Shown one piece after another: positions 9,489 to 19,424 of a DNA stretch of 64,000 bases. Origin of the DNA: Bdellovibrionales bacterium (lineage in GTDB: Bacteria > Bdellovibrionota > Bdellovibrionia > Bdellovibrionales > UBA1609); contig CBDCMT010000001.1 in NCBI GenBank assembly GCA_965219095.1, forward strand, positions 1,312,001-1,376,000. Direction: 5' to 3'. The translations under genes and the position numbers were made by a program. The first letter of the stretch is position 1, and every line of letters begins with the position of its first letter. The notes beneath the pieces were generated by a model. That model worked only from the letters and a program-made list of their open reading frames with translations, ran no database searches and was not told the origin of the DNA.

Positions 9489-10002
9489 GGGGCCCTACGA
9501 TTTCATATGGTTGGATAAGAGAGGGTAAGAAGTTTGAAGTGAAGACCAATTCAGGCTGGAGAAAAAGAGTGAATGTTTGTGGAGCTATTGAGATCAATAG
9601 TTTGAAGACGGTAGTCAGGAGTTATAAGACAGTTAACCATGTTTCCATATGTGATATGCTCCATCATATTCGCAAGAAGCATCCCGATGAAAAAGAGATT
9701 CATCTTATCTTAGATGGGGCCGGATACAATAGATCGAAGTCTGTCAAGAAGTTAGCGAAAGAGTTGAATATAAAACTTGTTTATCTTCCTCCGTACTCAC
9801 CGAATTTAAATCCTATAGAAAGGCTTTGGAAGTTTATGAAAAAAGAGGTCACGGCGAATCGATATTATGAAAACTATGACGATTTCAAGGGAAGTTTAAG
9901 TCAATTTTTTAGAGGAATACGAAAACACAGATCTAAATTAGAAACTTTGATAACTGATAACTTCTCTATCTTAGGAAACTGAAAACCTAAACGGAAGCAC
10001 TA
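9489..10002 (+). mobile_element. IS630-family type A, 3' half with unbroken catalytic frame (ORF 9539-9982)
   Basis: ILDGAGYN, LPPYSPNLNPIERLW; end ACCTAAACGGAAGCACTA. Confidence 0.9.
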
Positions 10003-10222
10003 TATGATCTTGATTTGAAGGTTTTTTCGTTTTTGAGTTCAAAAAATGTTCATCAGTGATAAGAGAAATGGATTTTTGAACAAAGTTTTTTGGGTTTATT
10101 TTCTTAGCATAAGAGCTTTGATGAGCTTTTTTTAAAAGATCTTTTGATTTTAAAAAAATACGTTTTTCAAGAATAAGACGTGCTACTTTCTTCTTAGTGT
10201 TTTTATTTTCTTTATTTCTCAT
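9971..10222 (-). CDS. Small basic hypothetical protein, C-terminus read from the IS630-A end
   Basis: ATG with upstream AAAGG; last codons IVLPFRFSVS* are IS sequence. Confidence 0.35.
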   Translation of the reverse strand: MRNKENKNTKKKVARLILEKRIFLKSKDLLKKAHQSSYAKKINPKNFVQKSISLITDEHFLNSKTKKPSNQDHIVLPFRFSVS

Positions 10223-10285
10223 AAATGAACCTTTCTTTTTTTATTCTTTTAATTTCTAACTTAAGTGATAGTTTTTTATTTTTTT

Positions 10286-11804
10286 GGCTCCTCCCGGGAA
10301 TCTGTGGGTGAAAAGTAGTAGAAATCCCCCAAAAAGGCTCATATTAATCAAAGTAAGAGTAAGACATCCTATCTTGTATTTTTGAGTTCTTTGAGGCCCT
10401 TACTGGCCTCTATCGCCTTTGGCGATTGAACTCAAAAACATTCATTTTATTTGCTTTTATTTGCTGTGTTACATTAAAATTTTAAAAAAGAAGCACCTAC
10501 TTCCCAGATGCCTTAAAATGTTATTCAAAAAAAAAAAAAGGAGGGAAGAGATGCTTTTGAAGACTATACTAAATGATTGTTTAAGATGGAAGTCTTTTGT
10601 GTACGAAGACATTTATTTTTCAAAAGATAGAAAGTCAATTAATGTTCCTATTAAGGCTCGTAAAAATGGCCAAGCTTTTTGTAGTGTTTGTAAGAAGCCC
10701 TGTTCAGTGTATGACAGCAGTAAATCATCACGGGACTTTGAATCCCTTCCTATTTTAAGTTACAGGGTGTTCTTTGTTTATGCTGTAAGAAGAGTCAATT
10801 GTCCTTGCTGTGGGGTAAAAGTTGAACATTTACCTTGGGCCGATGGTAAGAAGAGTTTAACGATCTTTTACATGAAGTACTTAGCAGACTGGTGTCGTCA
10901 CCTGTCTTGGAAAGAGGTTTCTTGTAAGTTTCATGTCAGTTGGAATCAGGTCTATGCTTCGGTAGAATGGGTCGTAGAATATGGTTTAAAACAAAGGGTT
11001 TTAAAGGGAATACAAGCTATAGGTGTAGATGAAATACAATGGAAAAAGAACCATCAGTATCTCACCTTAGTCTATGAAATAAGCAAAACCCGTGTACGCT
11101 TGTTGTGGATAGGAGAGAAAAGAACAGAAAAGAGTTTTAGAAAATTCTTTGATTTACTAGGAGAGAAGTCAAAAGATATACGGTTTGTGTGTTCTGATAT
11201 GTGGAAGCCTTATTTAAAAGTCATAAAGGAGAGGGCAAGTGGAGCTTTACACATATTAGATCGGTTTCATATCGTAGCAAGACTCAATAAGGCTTTAGAC
11301 GAAGTGAGAGCTTCAGAACACAAAAAAATGAAAGAAGACGGGTATGAACTCCTTTTAACAAAAGCTAGATGGCCCTTGTTAAAAAATGCAGAAAATTTAA
11401 AATCTTATGAAAAAGTAAAATTAAGGCATTTAATACAGTACAATTTAAAAAGTATCCGCTGTTATTTTTTAAAAGAAGACTTCCGACAGTTATGGACCTA
11501 TGTTCCACCAACTTGGGCTGGTAAATTTATAGACAGTTGGACGAGACGAGTCATGCTTTCAAAAATTGAACCTATGAAAAGAAAAGCAAAAACCATACAA
11601 AGACATAAGCTACTTATTCTTAATTACTTCAAGGCTAAAAAAACCTTCTCCTCAGGGATTGTAGAGGGTTTAAACAACAAAGTAAAACTCACTATGAGAA
11701 AATCTTACGGCTTTAGAACCTCTAAAGCTATAAAAATCGCCTTATATCATAACCTTGGAAAACTGCCAGAACCTCCGGGAACCCACAGATTCTTTCGAGG
11801 AGGC
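10286..11804 (+). mobile_element. ISL3-family element (copy 1), 8-bp TSD ATTTTTTT
   Basis: Ends GGCTCCTCCCGGGAATCTGTGGGT / ACCCACAGATTCTTTCGAGGAGGC; TSD seen on both sides. Confidence 0.95.
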
Positions 11805-11828
11805 ATTTTTTTTAACCCTTTAGCTTAA
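10551..11828 (+). CDS. ISL3 transposase (TGA mutated to CGA, 10-aa read-through)
   Basis: Zn ribbon CxxC..CxxC, IGVDE, CSDMW, LDRFH, SSGIVEGLNNKVK. Confidence 0.95.
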   Translation: MLLKTILNDCLRWKSFVYEDIYFSKDRKSINVPIKARKNGQAFCSVCKKPCSVYDSSKSSRDFESLPILSYRVFFVYAVRRVNCPCCGVKVEHLPWADGKKSLTIFYMKYLADWCRHLSWKEVSCKFHVSWNQVYASVEWVVEYGLKQRVLKGIQAIGVDEIQWKKNHQYLTLVYEISKTRVRLLWIGEKRTEKSFRKFFDLLGEKSKDIRFVCSDMWKPYLKVIKERASGALHILDRFHIVARLNKALDEVRASEHKKMKEDGYELLLTKARWPLLKNAENLKSYEKVKLRHLIQYNLKSIRCYFLKEDFRQLWTYVPPTWAGKFIDSWTRRVMLSKIEPMKRKAKTIQRHKLLILNYFKAKKTFSSGIVEGLNNKVKLTMRKSYGFRTSKAIKIALYHNLGKLPEPPGTHRFFRGGIFFNPLA

Positions 11829-12800
11829 GAGTTTTTAAAAAAGCTGAAATAGGGGTCAGGCAGGTTTTTTAAATTTGCAGAAGATAGCTAAAAAATAAAT
11901 AATTTCAATAAGTTATAACGCTTAAAAATATTTTTTCACTGTGGAGTTCTCATCATCAATTCATCACTTGTTTTTACTCCCTTTTTTGTTTTTTAAAAAC
12001 TACAATCTCTCTTCTCTAAAATGGGCTAAGCTCATTAAATTTTTATCCATGAAATCCTCAAACAGGTATAAAAAATCTTAGAAGGGCTATTTAAAAAAAA
12101 AGGCTTTTTTCTTCATCCATTAAGTTATTTCTTCTTCTTTTTTTAAAAAAAATGTATAAAACAGCTAAATTTCAGGCTTTGAAAGTAGCTTTTTAAAGCT
12201 CTTTGAAGACGATTTTTTGACCTGTAGCTACATAGGATTTGAACCCTGTAAAAACTCTTTTTTATCTTTTAGAGATATAACATTTTCTGTCTATGGCCTC
12301 CTTTTCTTTTATGGAGCGGTTTTTTTAACTTCAAGGGGTTTGCATGGGTGTTTTTTTTTCTTATTTCTTCGAACAAATAGAGCTTATCTTGACCGGACAT
12401 GGAAAATTTCCCCCTCACTATAGGGGAGGTGCTAACCCCTATGGGGGTTAAATTCCTTCTAATTGATTGAATTTCTTAGTTTTTTTGTTTTTTAGCTTCT
12501 GAACTGGAAATGTTTAATTTTTTAGAAATCTTCCCTTCTGTCAAGTCTCATAGAGGGCCATTGGAATCACACTTTTTTTTTACTTGAAAGTAACTGAGAG
12601 TAGATTTTTTTAAGAAGCTGACCTAAAAAACTCATCTTTTAAAGCTGCTTTTGGATTTTCTTTTTGGCACTCCTTAAACCTCACATCGATACGATCCTGA
12701 TTAGAAAGTGTTTCATCTCTTAAGCTCAAATAGGTGATCCTCTGTTTTAAGAGAAAGGGCTTTTTTGAAAATATCTTTGGCTTTAATTTTTCTACTATAA

Positions 12801-12830
12801 GGGATTTTATGGGATTTTATGGGATTTTAC
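12801..12830 (+). repeat. 3 x 10-bp tandem repeat GGGATTTTA(T/C)
   Basis: Read directly. Confidence 0.9.
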
Positions 12831-13188
12831 TAAAAGCTCTTTTAATTTAAAAAAGCTCCATTTAACTTCTCAAATTAGAGCCCCCTCTTTACGATCGGTC
12901 AATAGGGAAAGCTTATGGAGGCTTTAGTACAAGGTAAGCTAGAGGATGAGAGTCAATTGATTTAATGTGCCTAACTTTTAGCCTAAGAAAGAAAATAAAA
13001 GTAGCTAAGAAGGTAGGAAGTAACAACTTAAAACATGGAAGAAGATAGAGTTTTTACTTAGCGATCGGAAAAAGACAGTAGAAGTTAGAAGCAAAAAACT
13101 TTCCAACAATTTGTTAACTTAAGCCCTGAGTTCGCCCTCAAGAAAGGATTAAATTTATAACTATTTGATTTCATTGGTATTTTTTTGC

Positions 13189-13217
13189 TTGACAACATAG
13201 TATGTCTTTAGTATGTT
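13189..13217 (+). promoter_or_regulatory. Sigma70-like promoter of the IS1634 transposase
   Basis: TTGACA-17-TATGTT, followed by a G-rich RBS and ATG 13238. Confidence 0.6.
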
Positions 13218-13237
13218 CATATTTATAGGGGGGGATT

Positions 13238-14860
13238 ATGTACATAACAAGTCCTAAACGCAAAAACGGTAGCACAGTGGTTCGTCTTGTGGAATCTTTT
13301 TGGAAAGAAGGCAAAGTAAAGAATCGCATTATCAAAACCATAGGACAATCTAAAGATTCCAAGATCGTAGAGAAATACAAACAAGAAGCTAAAAAGCTTC
13401 TTGAACAACATAAAAAGGGTCTTCTTTCACTTTCAAGCCTTTCAGAAAAGATTCCTATTGATCTCCTACGTTTCCAAGGTGAGAGAAGACATAACCATGG
13501 TTTTGAGGACATTTTCGGAACAGCATGGGAGGATTTAGGTTTTAAAGATTTAATAGAAACTGGAAGAAAAAAAGAGGCTATAAACCAAGTACTCCGTGAG
13601 GTGGTTTTTATGAGAGTTTTCTCTCCTTCAAGCAAGCTAAGAAGCTGTTCTCTAATAGAGAAGTTCTTTAGTAAACAAATATCTCATAAACAGGTCTTGA
13701 CTATGATGGATAGAGTTTTTAAAGAGGAGGATGTTTTGAGGCAAAAGGTTTTCGAATCTCTAGCATCCAAAGGTTCGGACTTTAATGTTTTACTGTTTGA
13801 TGTAACAACCCTATATTTTGAATCTACCATGCAGGGAGAATTAAGGGACTTTGGTTATAGCAAGGACGGAAAGTTTAATGAAACTCAAGTGGTTTTGGCT
13901 GTGCTAGCCAATACAGAGGGTTTGCCTTTAGCTTACGAGGTGTTTCCTGGTTGCACATCAGAGACCAAGACTTTGCAATTTGTTTTAAACCAAGCTGTAA
14001 AGAAGTATAAGGTAAAACGAATTCGTGTGGTGGCTGATAGAGCTATGTTTTCAGATAGCAATTTTAAGTTTTTTGAAAGTTTAAATAAGAAAGGAATTGA
14101 GGCTGAGTATGTGGTATCCTGCCCTTTAAAGAAACTACCTAAAGAGAAAAAAGAAAAAATTTTTGAATTTAAAGAACTTAAAAAAGAGAGCCAAAATTCT
14201 GAAGTTTATGAGTTTTCCTACAAGAATCGCAAGGTATTTGTTTCTTACAGTGAAAAGCGGAGATTACAGGATGAAAAAAAACGACAAAGATTGTTAGAAA
14301 AACTCAAAAAAATTTGTAAAGACGGTAAAATTTCAGCCACTAAGTTAGTAAGTAATCGTGGGGTTCGAAAATACCTTAAAACTCTAAAAGGAAGTGTTCA
14401 GATAGATGCAGATAAAATCTTTCAGGACAGCCTTTGGGATGGCCTCTATGGAGTTTGCTCTAACATAGAATGTGAAACAAATAGGAAACCTTTAGAATTA
14501 TACCGGTCACTTTGGAAAATTGAAGAACTGTTTCGTATTAACAAGCATACCTTGAAGATGCGTCCTATCTATCACAGACTCTCTGAAAGAATTAAATCTC
14601 ATCTTTTTATTTGTTTTTTGGCTTACACTGTCTTGAAGTATGTAGAACTCTCTTTAAAAAAAGCTACTCTTCATTACAGCCTTAATGAGCTTATTGATAC
14701 TTTAAAAGAGGTTGAATCTTTTGTGATTGGAGACAAAATGAAAAAACCTTCTGTCTCCTATTTTGTCCCCAGAGCTTTATCCAAAGAAGCCAAACAGATT
14801 TATGCTGTATTTAAAAAAGATTACATAAAAAAACCTTTTCGCATAGAAAACTCTTCCTAA
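13238..14860 (+). CDS. IS1634-family transposase
   Basis: FDVTTLYFE, GYSKDGK, VVADRAM, YRSLWKIEELFR, RPIYH. Confidence 0.95.
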   Translation: MYITSPKRKNGSTVVRLVESFWKEGKVKNRIIKTIGQSKDSKIVEKYKQEAKKLLEQHKKGLLSLSSLSEKIPIDLLRFQGERRHNHGFEDIFGTAWEDLGFKDLIETGRKKEAINQVLREVVFMRVFSPSSKLRSCSLIEKFFSKQISHKQVLTMMDRVFKEEDVLRQKVFESLASKGSDFNVLLFDVTTLYFESTMQGELRDFGYSKDGKFNETQVVLAVLANTEGLPLAYEVFPGCTSETKTLQFVLNQAVKKYKVKRIRVVADRAMFSDSNFKFFESLNKKGIEAEYVVSCPLKKLPKEKKEKIFEFKELKKESQNSEVYEFSYKNRKVFVSYSEKRRLQDEKKRQRLLEKLKKICKDGKISATKLVSNRGVRKYLKTLKGSVQIDADKIFQDSLWDGLYGVCSNIECETNRKPLELYRSLWKIEELFRINKHTLKMRPIYHRLSERIKSHLFICFLAYTVLKYVELSLKKATLHYSLNELIDTLKEVESFVIGDKMKKPSVSYFVPRALSKEAKQIYAVFKKDYIKKPFRIENSS

Positions 14861-14884
14861 ACTTAAAATAACCCATCTAAAACC

Positions 14885-16334
14885 TAGTGTTCTGACCAGT
14901 AAATTTTTTCACAATTTTCAAGCCTTTAATCCAGGTCATTTTATTAAATTATTTTTATATTAAAAAGAATAAAAGTGAAATGTTTAGAGTTATACCAATT
15001 CCAAAAGTTAATTCTACATTTTCATGTATAAGTTTGGATTTTTACTTCTAGAAATTTATAACTTTTAAGTATGGGTAAAGAGTGTATCAAATTCATTGGA
15101 AAGATATGATTTTCTAATGTTTATATACAATTTAGTTTACAGGCTCTTACAGGCTCGTCTCATTTTTTATAATGGAACTTTTCTCTGGCTGATTTTCTTG
15201 AAAAATTCCATTTTATTGTCATCTTCCGTCTGTTCATAATATTCACCCAAGCCTTGGTTCTTTTTCTTAAAGTTTCTATGTCAGGTATTCTTGATTTTCC
15301 TAAACATTGACGAGAGTACATATTGATTGCAATTTCTGCTTGATTTAACCAACTTCCATGACTCGGAGTATAATGAACCTCAAAGCGAGACCATAGATGC
15401 AAACCTCGATCTTTTCCATAAAAATCAGTAAGACTTTTTTTTCTATGAGTGTTCAAATTATCCATAACTAGAACAATCTTCTTGGAATCAGAATAATGTC
15501 TCTCAACAGAAGATAAAAACTTAGCAAAATCCGGACCTATCCTTCTCTCTGTTACCTTATTCATATAAAAACCTCTCTTAGGCTCCACAGCACAGAAAAC
15601 ATTTGCTGTACCCTCTCTTTTATACTCATAATCTACTTTTTTTACTTCCGAGGGATGACAACCCGATGGAGGACGAACATCATCAAGTAACTGAAGAGGC
15701 TTTTCATCAATACACACAACAGGCTTTCCTTTAATCGGAGGCTTCTCATACACTTTCAAAACATCCTCCATCCTCTCTATAAATTCATCATTAAGCTCTG
15801 GTACACACCAACTCTTCTGTTGCCAAGGTTTTAGATCATGTTCTAAAAGAATAATCCTAACTTTTTCTTTGCTAATAGAGTCTACAATCTTGTTTTTTTC
15901 TGCCCTCTCTTTAATGAGCTCTAAAGTCCATCGATCAAAGCCCTCCGGAGGATCTGAGCAGACCATAGCTATAATCTTTGACTTTATGCGATCATCAAAC
16001 TTTGGAGGTTTTCCAGGACGAGGATCATCTTCAAGAGCTTTTTTCAGCCCAGAATTCTCATAGTTTTTTTGGATGTTGAAAACAGTTCTAGGAGTTATCT
16101 CTAAGTAATCTGCTGTCTCTATGGCAGTTAAATTTTTGTTCCTTAAGTTTAGAACATTGGCTCGATATATGGCTCTTGGATTTTTAGACTTCTTTATAAT
16201 TTTAAGAATTTCTCTCTTATCTTTTGGCTTTAATAAATTTAACATATGAGTATTAAAACATAAAAAAAAAATAAATAAAATGACCTGGATTAAAGGCTTG
16301 AAAATTGTGAAAAAAATTACTGGTCAGAACACTA
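14885..16334 (-). mobile_element. IS630-family type C with ~61-bp terminal IRs, inserted at the TA of CTAG
   Basis: TAGTGTTCTGACCAGTAAATTTTTTCACAATTTTCAAGCCTTTAATCCAGGTCATTTTATT mirrored at 16274-16334. Confidence 0.9.
15160..16245 (-). CDS. IS630-family transposase (intact single frame)
   Basis: RPGKP, VCIDEKP, DYEYKR.GT, VMDNLNTH, TPSHGSWLNQAE. Confidence 0.95.
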   Translation of the reverse strand: MLNLLKPKDKREILKIIKKSKNPRAIYRANVLNLRNKNLTAIETADYLEITPRTVFNIQKNYENSGLKKALEDDPRPGKPPKFDDRIKSKIIAMVCSDPPEGFDRWTLELIKERAEKNKIVDSISKEKVRIILLEHDLKPWQQKSWCVPELNDEFIERMEDVLKVYEKPPIKGKPVVCIDEKPLQLLDDVRPPSGCHPSEVKKVDYEYKREGTANVFCAVEPKRGFYMNKVTERRIGPDFAKFLSSVERHYSDSKKIVLVMDNLNTHRKKSLTDFYGKDRGLHLWSRFEVHYTPSHGSWLNQAEIAINMYSRQCLGKSRIPDIETLRKRTKAWVNIMNRRKMTIKWNFSRKSAREKFHYKK

Positions 16335-16501
16335 GTATGTCTAAAATCTGGAGGCAATCCAGAAAAATCTAATATATTCAAATACTTATGAATTTTATCG
16401 TTTGTTAAAGGGCGAACTCAGGAAAAAACTTTCCAACAATTTGTTAACTTAAGCCTTTTGGAGATATCTTCCGTAACCTTATGCTATAAAAGAATGTCGA
16501 A

Positions 16502-17320
16502 TTATTTTTTGGAATTGGTATTACTAAAGTTTTTTTGTTTAAAGTGTTTGGCATTAATAATACTTGCACTACTTCCTAAAGCTCGAATCACAAAAAGACC
16601 TTCTTTCTCAGCTTTTCTAGCTGAACCTTGATTGGCCTTAAGATACGCTACAGCACCATAAATTATTTTATCTTTATACAAAGGAAGCATTTGTTTAAAG
16701 TTTTTTAATTTGTTTATAAAATGAGTCAAATCTTTTAGCCATAAGGTGGTCTTGACTTCTGTCACAACCACTTCACTGCCATTAACTACAATAATGTCAA
16801 ATTCAAAAGGCTCATCATTCCATACCCCGGAAGACTCTTGAGAAATACTCTGCACTTCAATGTTTCTTTCTTGAAGAAGTTTAACTAAATCACCTTTTAC
16901 CAGAGCCTCCATAAGCTTTCCCCATTGACCTATGAAAAGTTCGTCTAACTTTGCCATACGTTTATCAGACTTTTTGAACTGACGATCGGTCTCAAGTTTT
17001 GACTCTTTTAACAAACGCTCTGTTTCTTTGTGGGCTTTGGTGATTTCTTTTTGGGATTCTCTGAGTTGGCGGTCAGTCTCTTTTTGGGTTTCTTTGAGTT
17101 GGCGGCCAGTCTCTTTTTGGGTTTCTCTGAGCTTGCCGGTCTCTTTTTGGGATTCTCTGAGTTGGCGGTCAGTCTCTTTTTGAGCTTTAGAGGTTTCTTT
17201 GAGTTGGCGGTCAGTCTCTTTTTGAGCTTTTGCCAACTCTTTAATTCCCTTAAAAGCTCCTTTAATAGATTCCTGAAGAGCTTTGGGAATCTGGTTGTTT
17301 TTTGTTACTTTTATAGCCAT
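16502..17320 (-). CDS. Coiled-coil repeat protein with PD-(D/E)XK-like C-terminal domain (DUF3782-like)
   Basis: QKETDRQL repeats, then WGKLMEALV, EFDIIVVNG, EVKTTL, IYGAVA; likely start MAIKV at 17320. Confidence 0.75.
   Translation of the reverse strand: MAIKVTKNNQIPKALQESIKGAFKGIKELAKAQKETDRQLKETSKAQKETDRQLRESQKETGKLRETQKETGRQLKETQKETDRQLRESQKEITKAHKETERLLKESKLETDRQFKKSDKRMAKLDELFIGQWGKLMEALVKGDLVKLLQERNIEVQSISQESSGVWNDEPFEFDIIVVNGSEVVVTEVKTTLWLKDLTHFINKLKNFKQMLPLYKDKIIYGAVAYLKANQGSARKAEKEGLFVIRALGSSASIINAKHFKQKNFSNTNSKK
17030..17230 (-). repeat. Intragenic coding tandem repeats (core CAAAAAGAGACTGACCGCCAACTC)
   Basis: About six imperfect units encoding QKETDRQLxE. Confidence 0.85.
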
Positions 17321-17702
17321 ATTATTTATAATAATATAAAAAAACTTTCTTTTCAAGTGGTTTTAAAAAAATTTCTTTTAAATAGCCTCACTGCGACATC
17401 TCTCTCTAACCTACTGTGAAAACAAGAAAATAAGAAAGTGCCAGAAAGATGCCGCTAGAGATAATACAACAATTAAATCCGCTTTCAAAAGTAATACAAA
17501 AGCTAACCTTTTATAAAGCTACAAGTAACTTATCACACACTTAATTTGTTTAGAGTGAGTTCAGAGTAAAAAATTAAGGAACCTTAGAGAACTTTCAGGA
17601 AATTTTAAGATAGATAGTGACGGCTAAGTTGTTAATTTTATTATTTCCTTTTAAATTTTTTAATGATTCTAAGAACTTACAAAAGTTCACAGGCCATTTT
17701 AT

Positions 17703-18050
17703 ATGAATTCTAGTAATAAAGACATTGATAGATTGTGTACCTCAGATAGAATTCGTGGTTCTGATACAAAAACTATGTGTAAATATACGACATCAAAAAA
17801 CCTTGATGAATTTGCTAAAGCTGTAAGATTTAATGAAGATGAAAGTTATGAACTCCCACGGTATTTTTATAATGGTGAATACATTATTTTTTTCTGGACT
17901 CAAAAGGAACGATCTGTTGTTAGTCACACTTATGATGTAGAAAAGGAAGAGAATTTTGTTTCTGTTTTTAGAGGTACTTATATTGTTCAATTTACAAATG
18001 AAAATGGTCAAACCTCTGATGTTTATGGCGTTAACTCTTGGGAAGATTAA
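17703..18050 (+). CDS. Hypothetical protein, possibly a 5'-truncated fragment
   Basis: 115-aa ORF with protein-like composition and no recognised motif. Confidence 0.45.
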   Translation: MNSSNKDIDRLCTSDRIRGSDTKTMCKYTTSKNLDEFAKAVRFNEDESYELPRYFYNGEYIIFFWTQKERSVVSHTYDVEKEENFVSVFRGTYIVQFTNENGQTSDVYGVNSWED

Positions 18051-18145
18051 AACAACACAACTATCACACTTAAAAAGAGAGTCTGGAATTTAGTTTCAGC
18101 CTTTTTTTTTAGAGAACACAACTGTAAGTCGGTTTCTTAACAGCA

Positions 18146-18494
18146 ACCACTGATCCATACAATATTAAGGCGATCTAAAAGAACATAAACCCCAAAAAGA
18201 GAATAGCAACTATCACAATTCATCTGCTAAAAGTTCCTGTATTCCCTTTGCTCCTATGCTTCCTCCTTCTCTTTTGTCTTGAATTTCATCTAACTTGATT
18301 TTGAAGTTCTCTTCTTCTGTCACTGGCAAACGAGGCTTGCCTCCTCTGCCTTCTCGATCTATCAATCCCTCGTAATCAAAGTCTACAAAAGACTGTAACC
18401 AGGACTTGACACTCTAAAAATTTAACAGAGTTTGATTAAAAAGCCAGGACGCTATGCGTTAAAAGAATGTCGAATTAATTTTTGGAAAAAGTAT
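18146..18494 (-). mobile_element. Internally deleted IS630 type B fragment
   Basis: 18146-18403 matches ~4939-5195 and is joined directly to the left end. Confidence 0.85.
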
Positions 18495-18563
18495 AACCTC
18501 TAGCTCTTAACTTAAGGAAGAAATTTTTAAAGGGGGAGGTCGCCTTGCATCAAATTCCATAAC

Positions 18564-18592
18564 TTGAATTTTTCCAAAGTTTTTTCTATAAA
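18564..18592 (+). promoter_or_regulatory. Putative sigma70 promoter giving a leaderless menB mRNA
   Basis: TTGAAT-17-TATAAA, with 6 nt between it and ATG 18599; no SD. Confidence 0.45.
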
Positions 18593-18598
18593 CAACTT

Positions 18599-19414
18599 AT
18601 GTGGAAGCCCATAAAAACCTATGAAGACATCCTTTTTGAGAGGCTTTCCGATCAAGAAATTGCTAAAGTCACCATCAACCGTCCCCATGTGAGAAATGCT
18701 TTTCGTCCTGAAACGGTTATAGAGCTGAAGGATGCCTTTGAGCTTTGTCGCGATCGTCAAGATATTGGTGTTGTGATTTTAACAGGAAAAGGAAGGGAAG
18801 CTTTTTGTTCGGGAGGAGATCAAAAAGTAAGGCAAAAAGGAGGTTATAGAGGAAAAGACGGCCTTAGCCGTCTAAACATTTTAGATGTTCAAAAACAAAT
18901 ACGTTTTCTGCCAAAACCCGTTGTAGCTATGGTCTCAGGCTATGCTATTGGAGGAGGTCATATCCTCCATGTTGTTTGTGATTTAACAATTTGTTCTGAT
19001 AAAGCTCGTTTTGGTCAGACAGGCCCTAAAGTAGGATCTTTTGATGGTGGTTTAGGAAGTAGTTATTTAGCTCGTATTGTAGGTCAAAAAAAAGCTCGTG
19101 AGATTTGGTTTTTATGTCGTCAGTACTCAGCTTGGGAAGCTTATGAGATGGGTTTAGTCAATAAAGTGGTACCTTACGAGCAGTTAGAGATGGAAACTTT
19201 AAAGTGGTGTCGTGAAATGTTAGTACATTCACCTATGGCTCTTCGCTGTTTGAAGTCAGCTTTGAATGCTGACTGTGATGGCCAAATAGGCCTTTTAGAC
19301 TTTGCAAGCCAAGCCACTTTACTTTATTATTTATCTGAAGAGGCTCAGGAGGGAAAACAAGCCTTTATTGAGAAAAGGAAGCCGGACTTTTCAAAATTTC
19401 CAAGGTTTCCTTAA
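18599..19414 (+). CDS. menB: 1,4-dihydroxy-2-naphthoyl-CoA synthase
   Basis: [34 protein letters not shown]. Confidence 0.97.
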   Translation: MWKPIKTYEDILFERLSDQEIAKVTINRPHVRNAFRPETVIELKDAFELCRDRQDIGVVILTGKGREAFCSGGDQKVRQKGGYRGKDGLSRLNILDVQKQIRFLPKPVVAMVSGYAIGGGHILHVVCDLTICSDKARFGQTGPKVGSFDGGLGSSYLARIVGQKKAREIWFLCRQYSAWEAYEMGLVNKVVPYEQLEMETLKWCREMLVHSPMALRCLKSALNADCDGQIGLLDFASQATLLYYLSEEAQEGKQAFIEKRKPDFSKFPRFP

Positions 19415-19424
19415 TAGTTTAAAA

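Larger units (their letters stand above)
13125..16422 (+). mobile_element. IS1634-family element with 32-bp flanking direct repeat; carries an IS630 insertion in its 3' end
   Basis: IR CCTGAGTTCGCCC / GGGCGAACTCAGG; DR 13093-13124 = 16423-16454. Confidence 0.95.

Noticed and set aside
12480..12780. Minus-strand coding-like stretch
   Set aside because: Interrupted by stops and not assignable to a family
17030..17230. Repeat cluster as a CRISPR array
   Set aside because: Units are contiguous in-frame coding repeats with no unique spacers, and there are no cas genes
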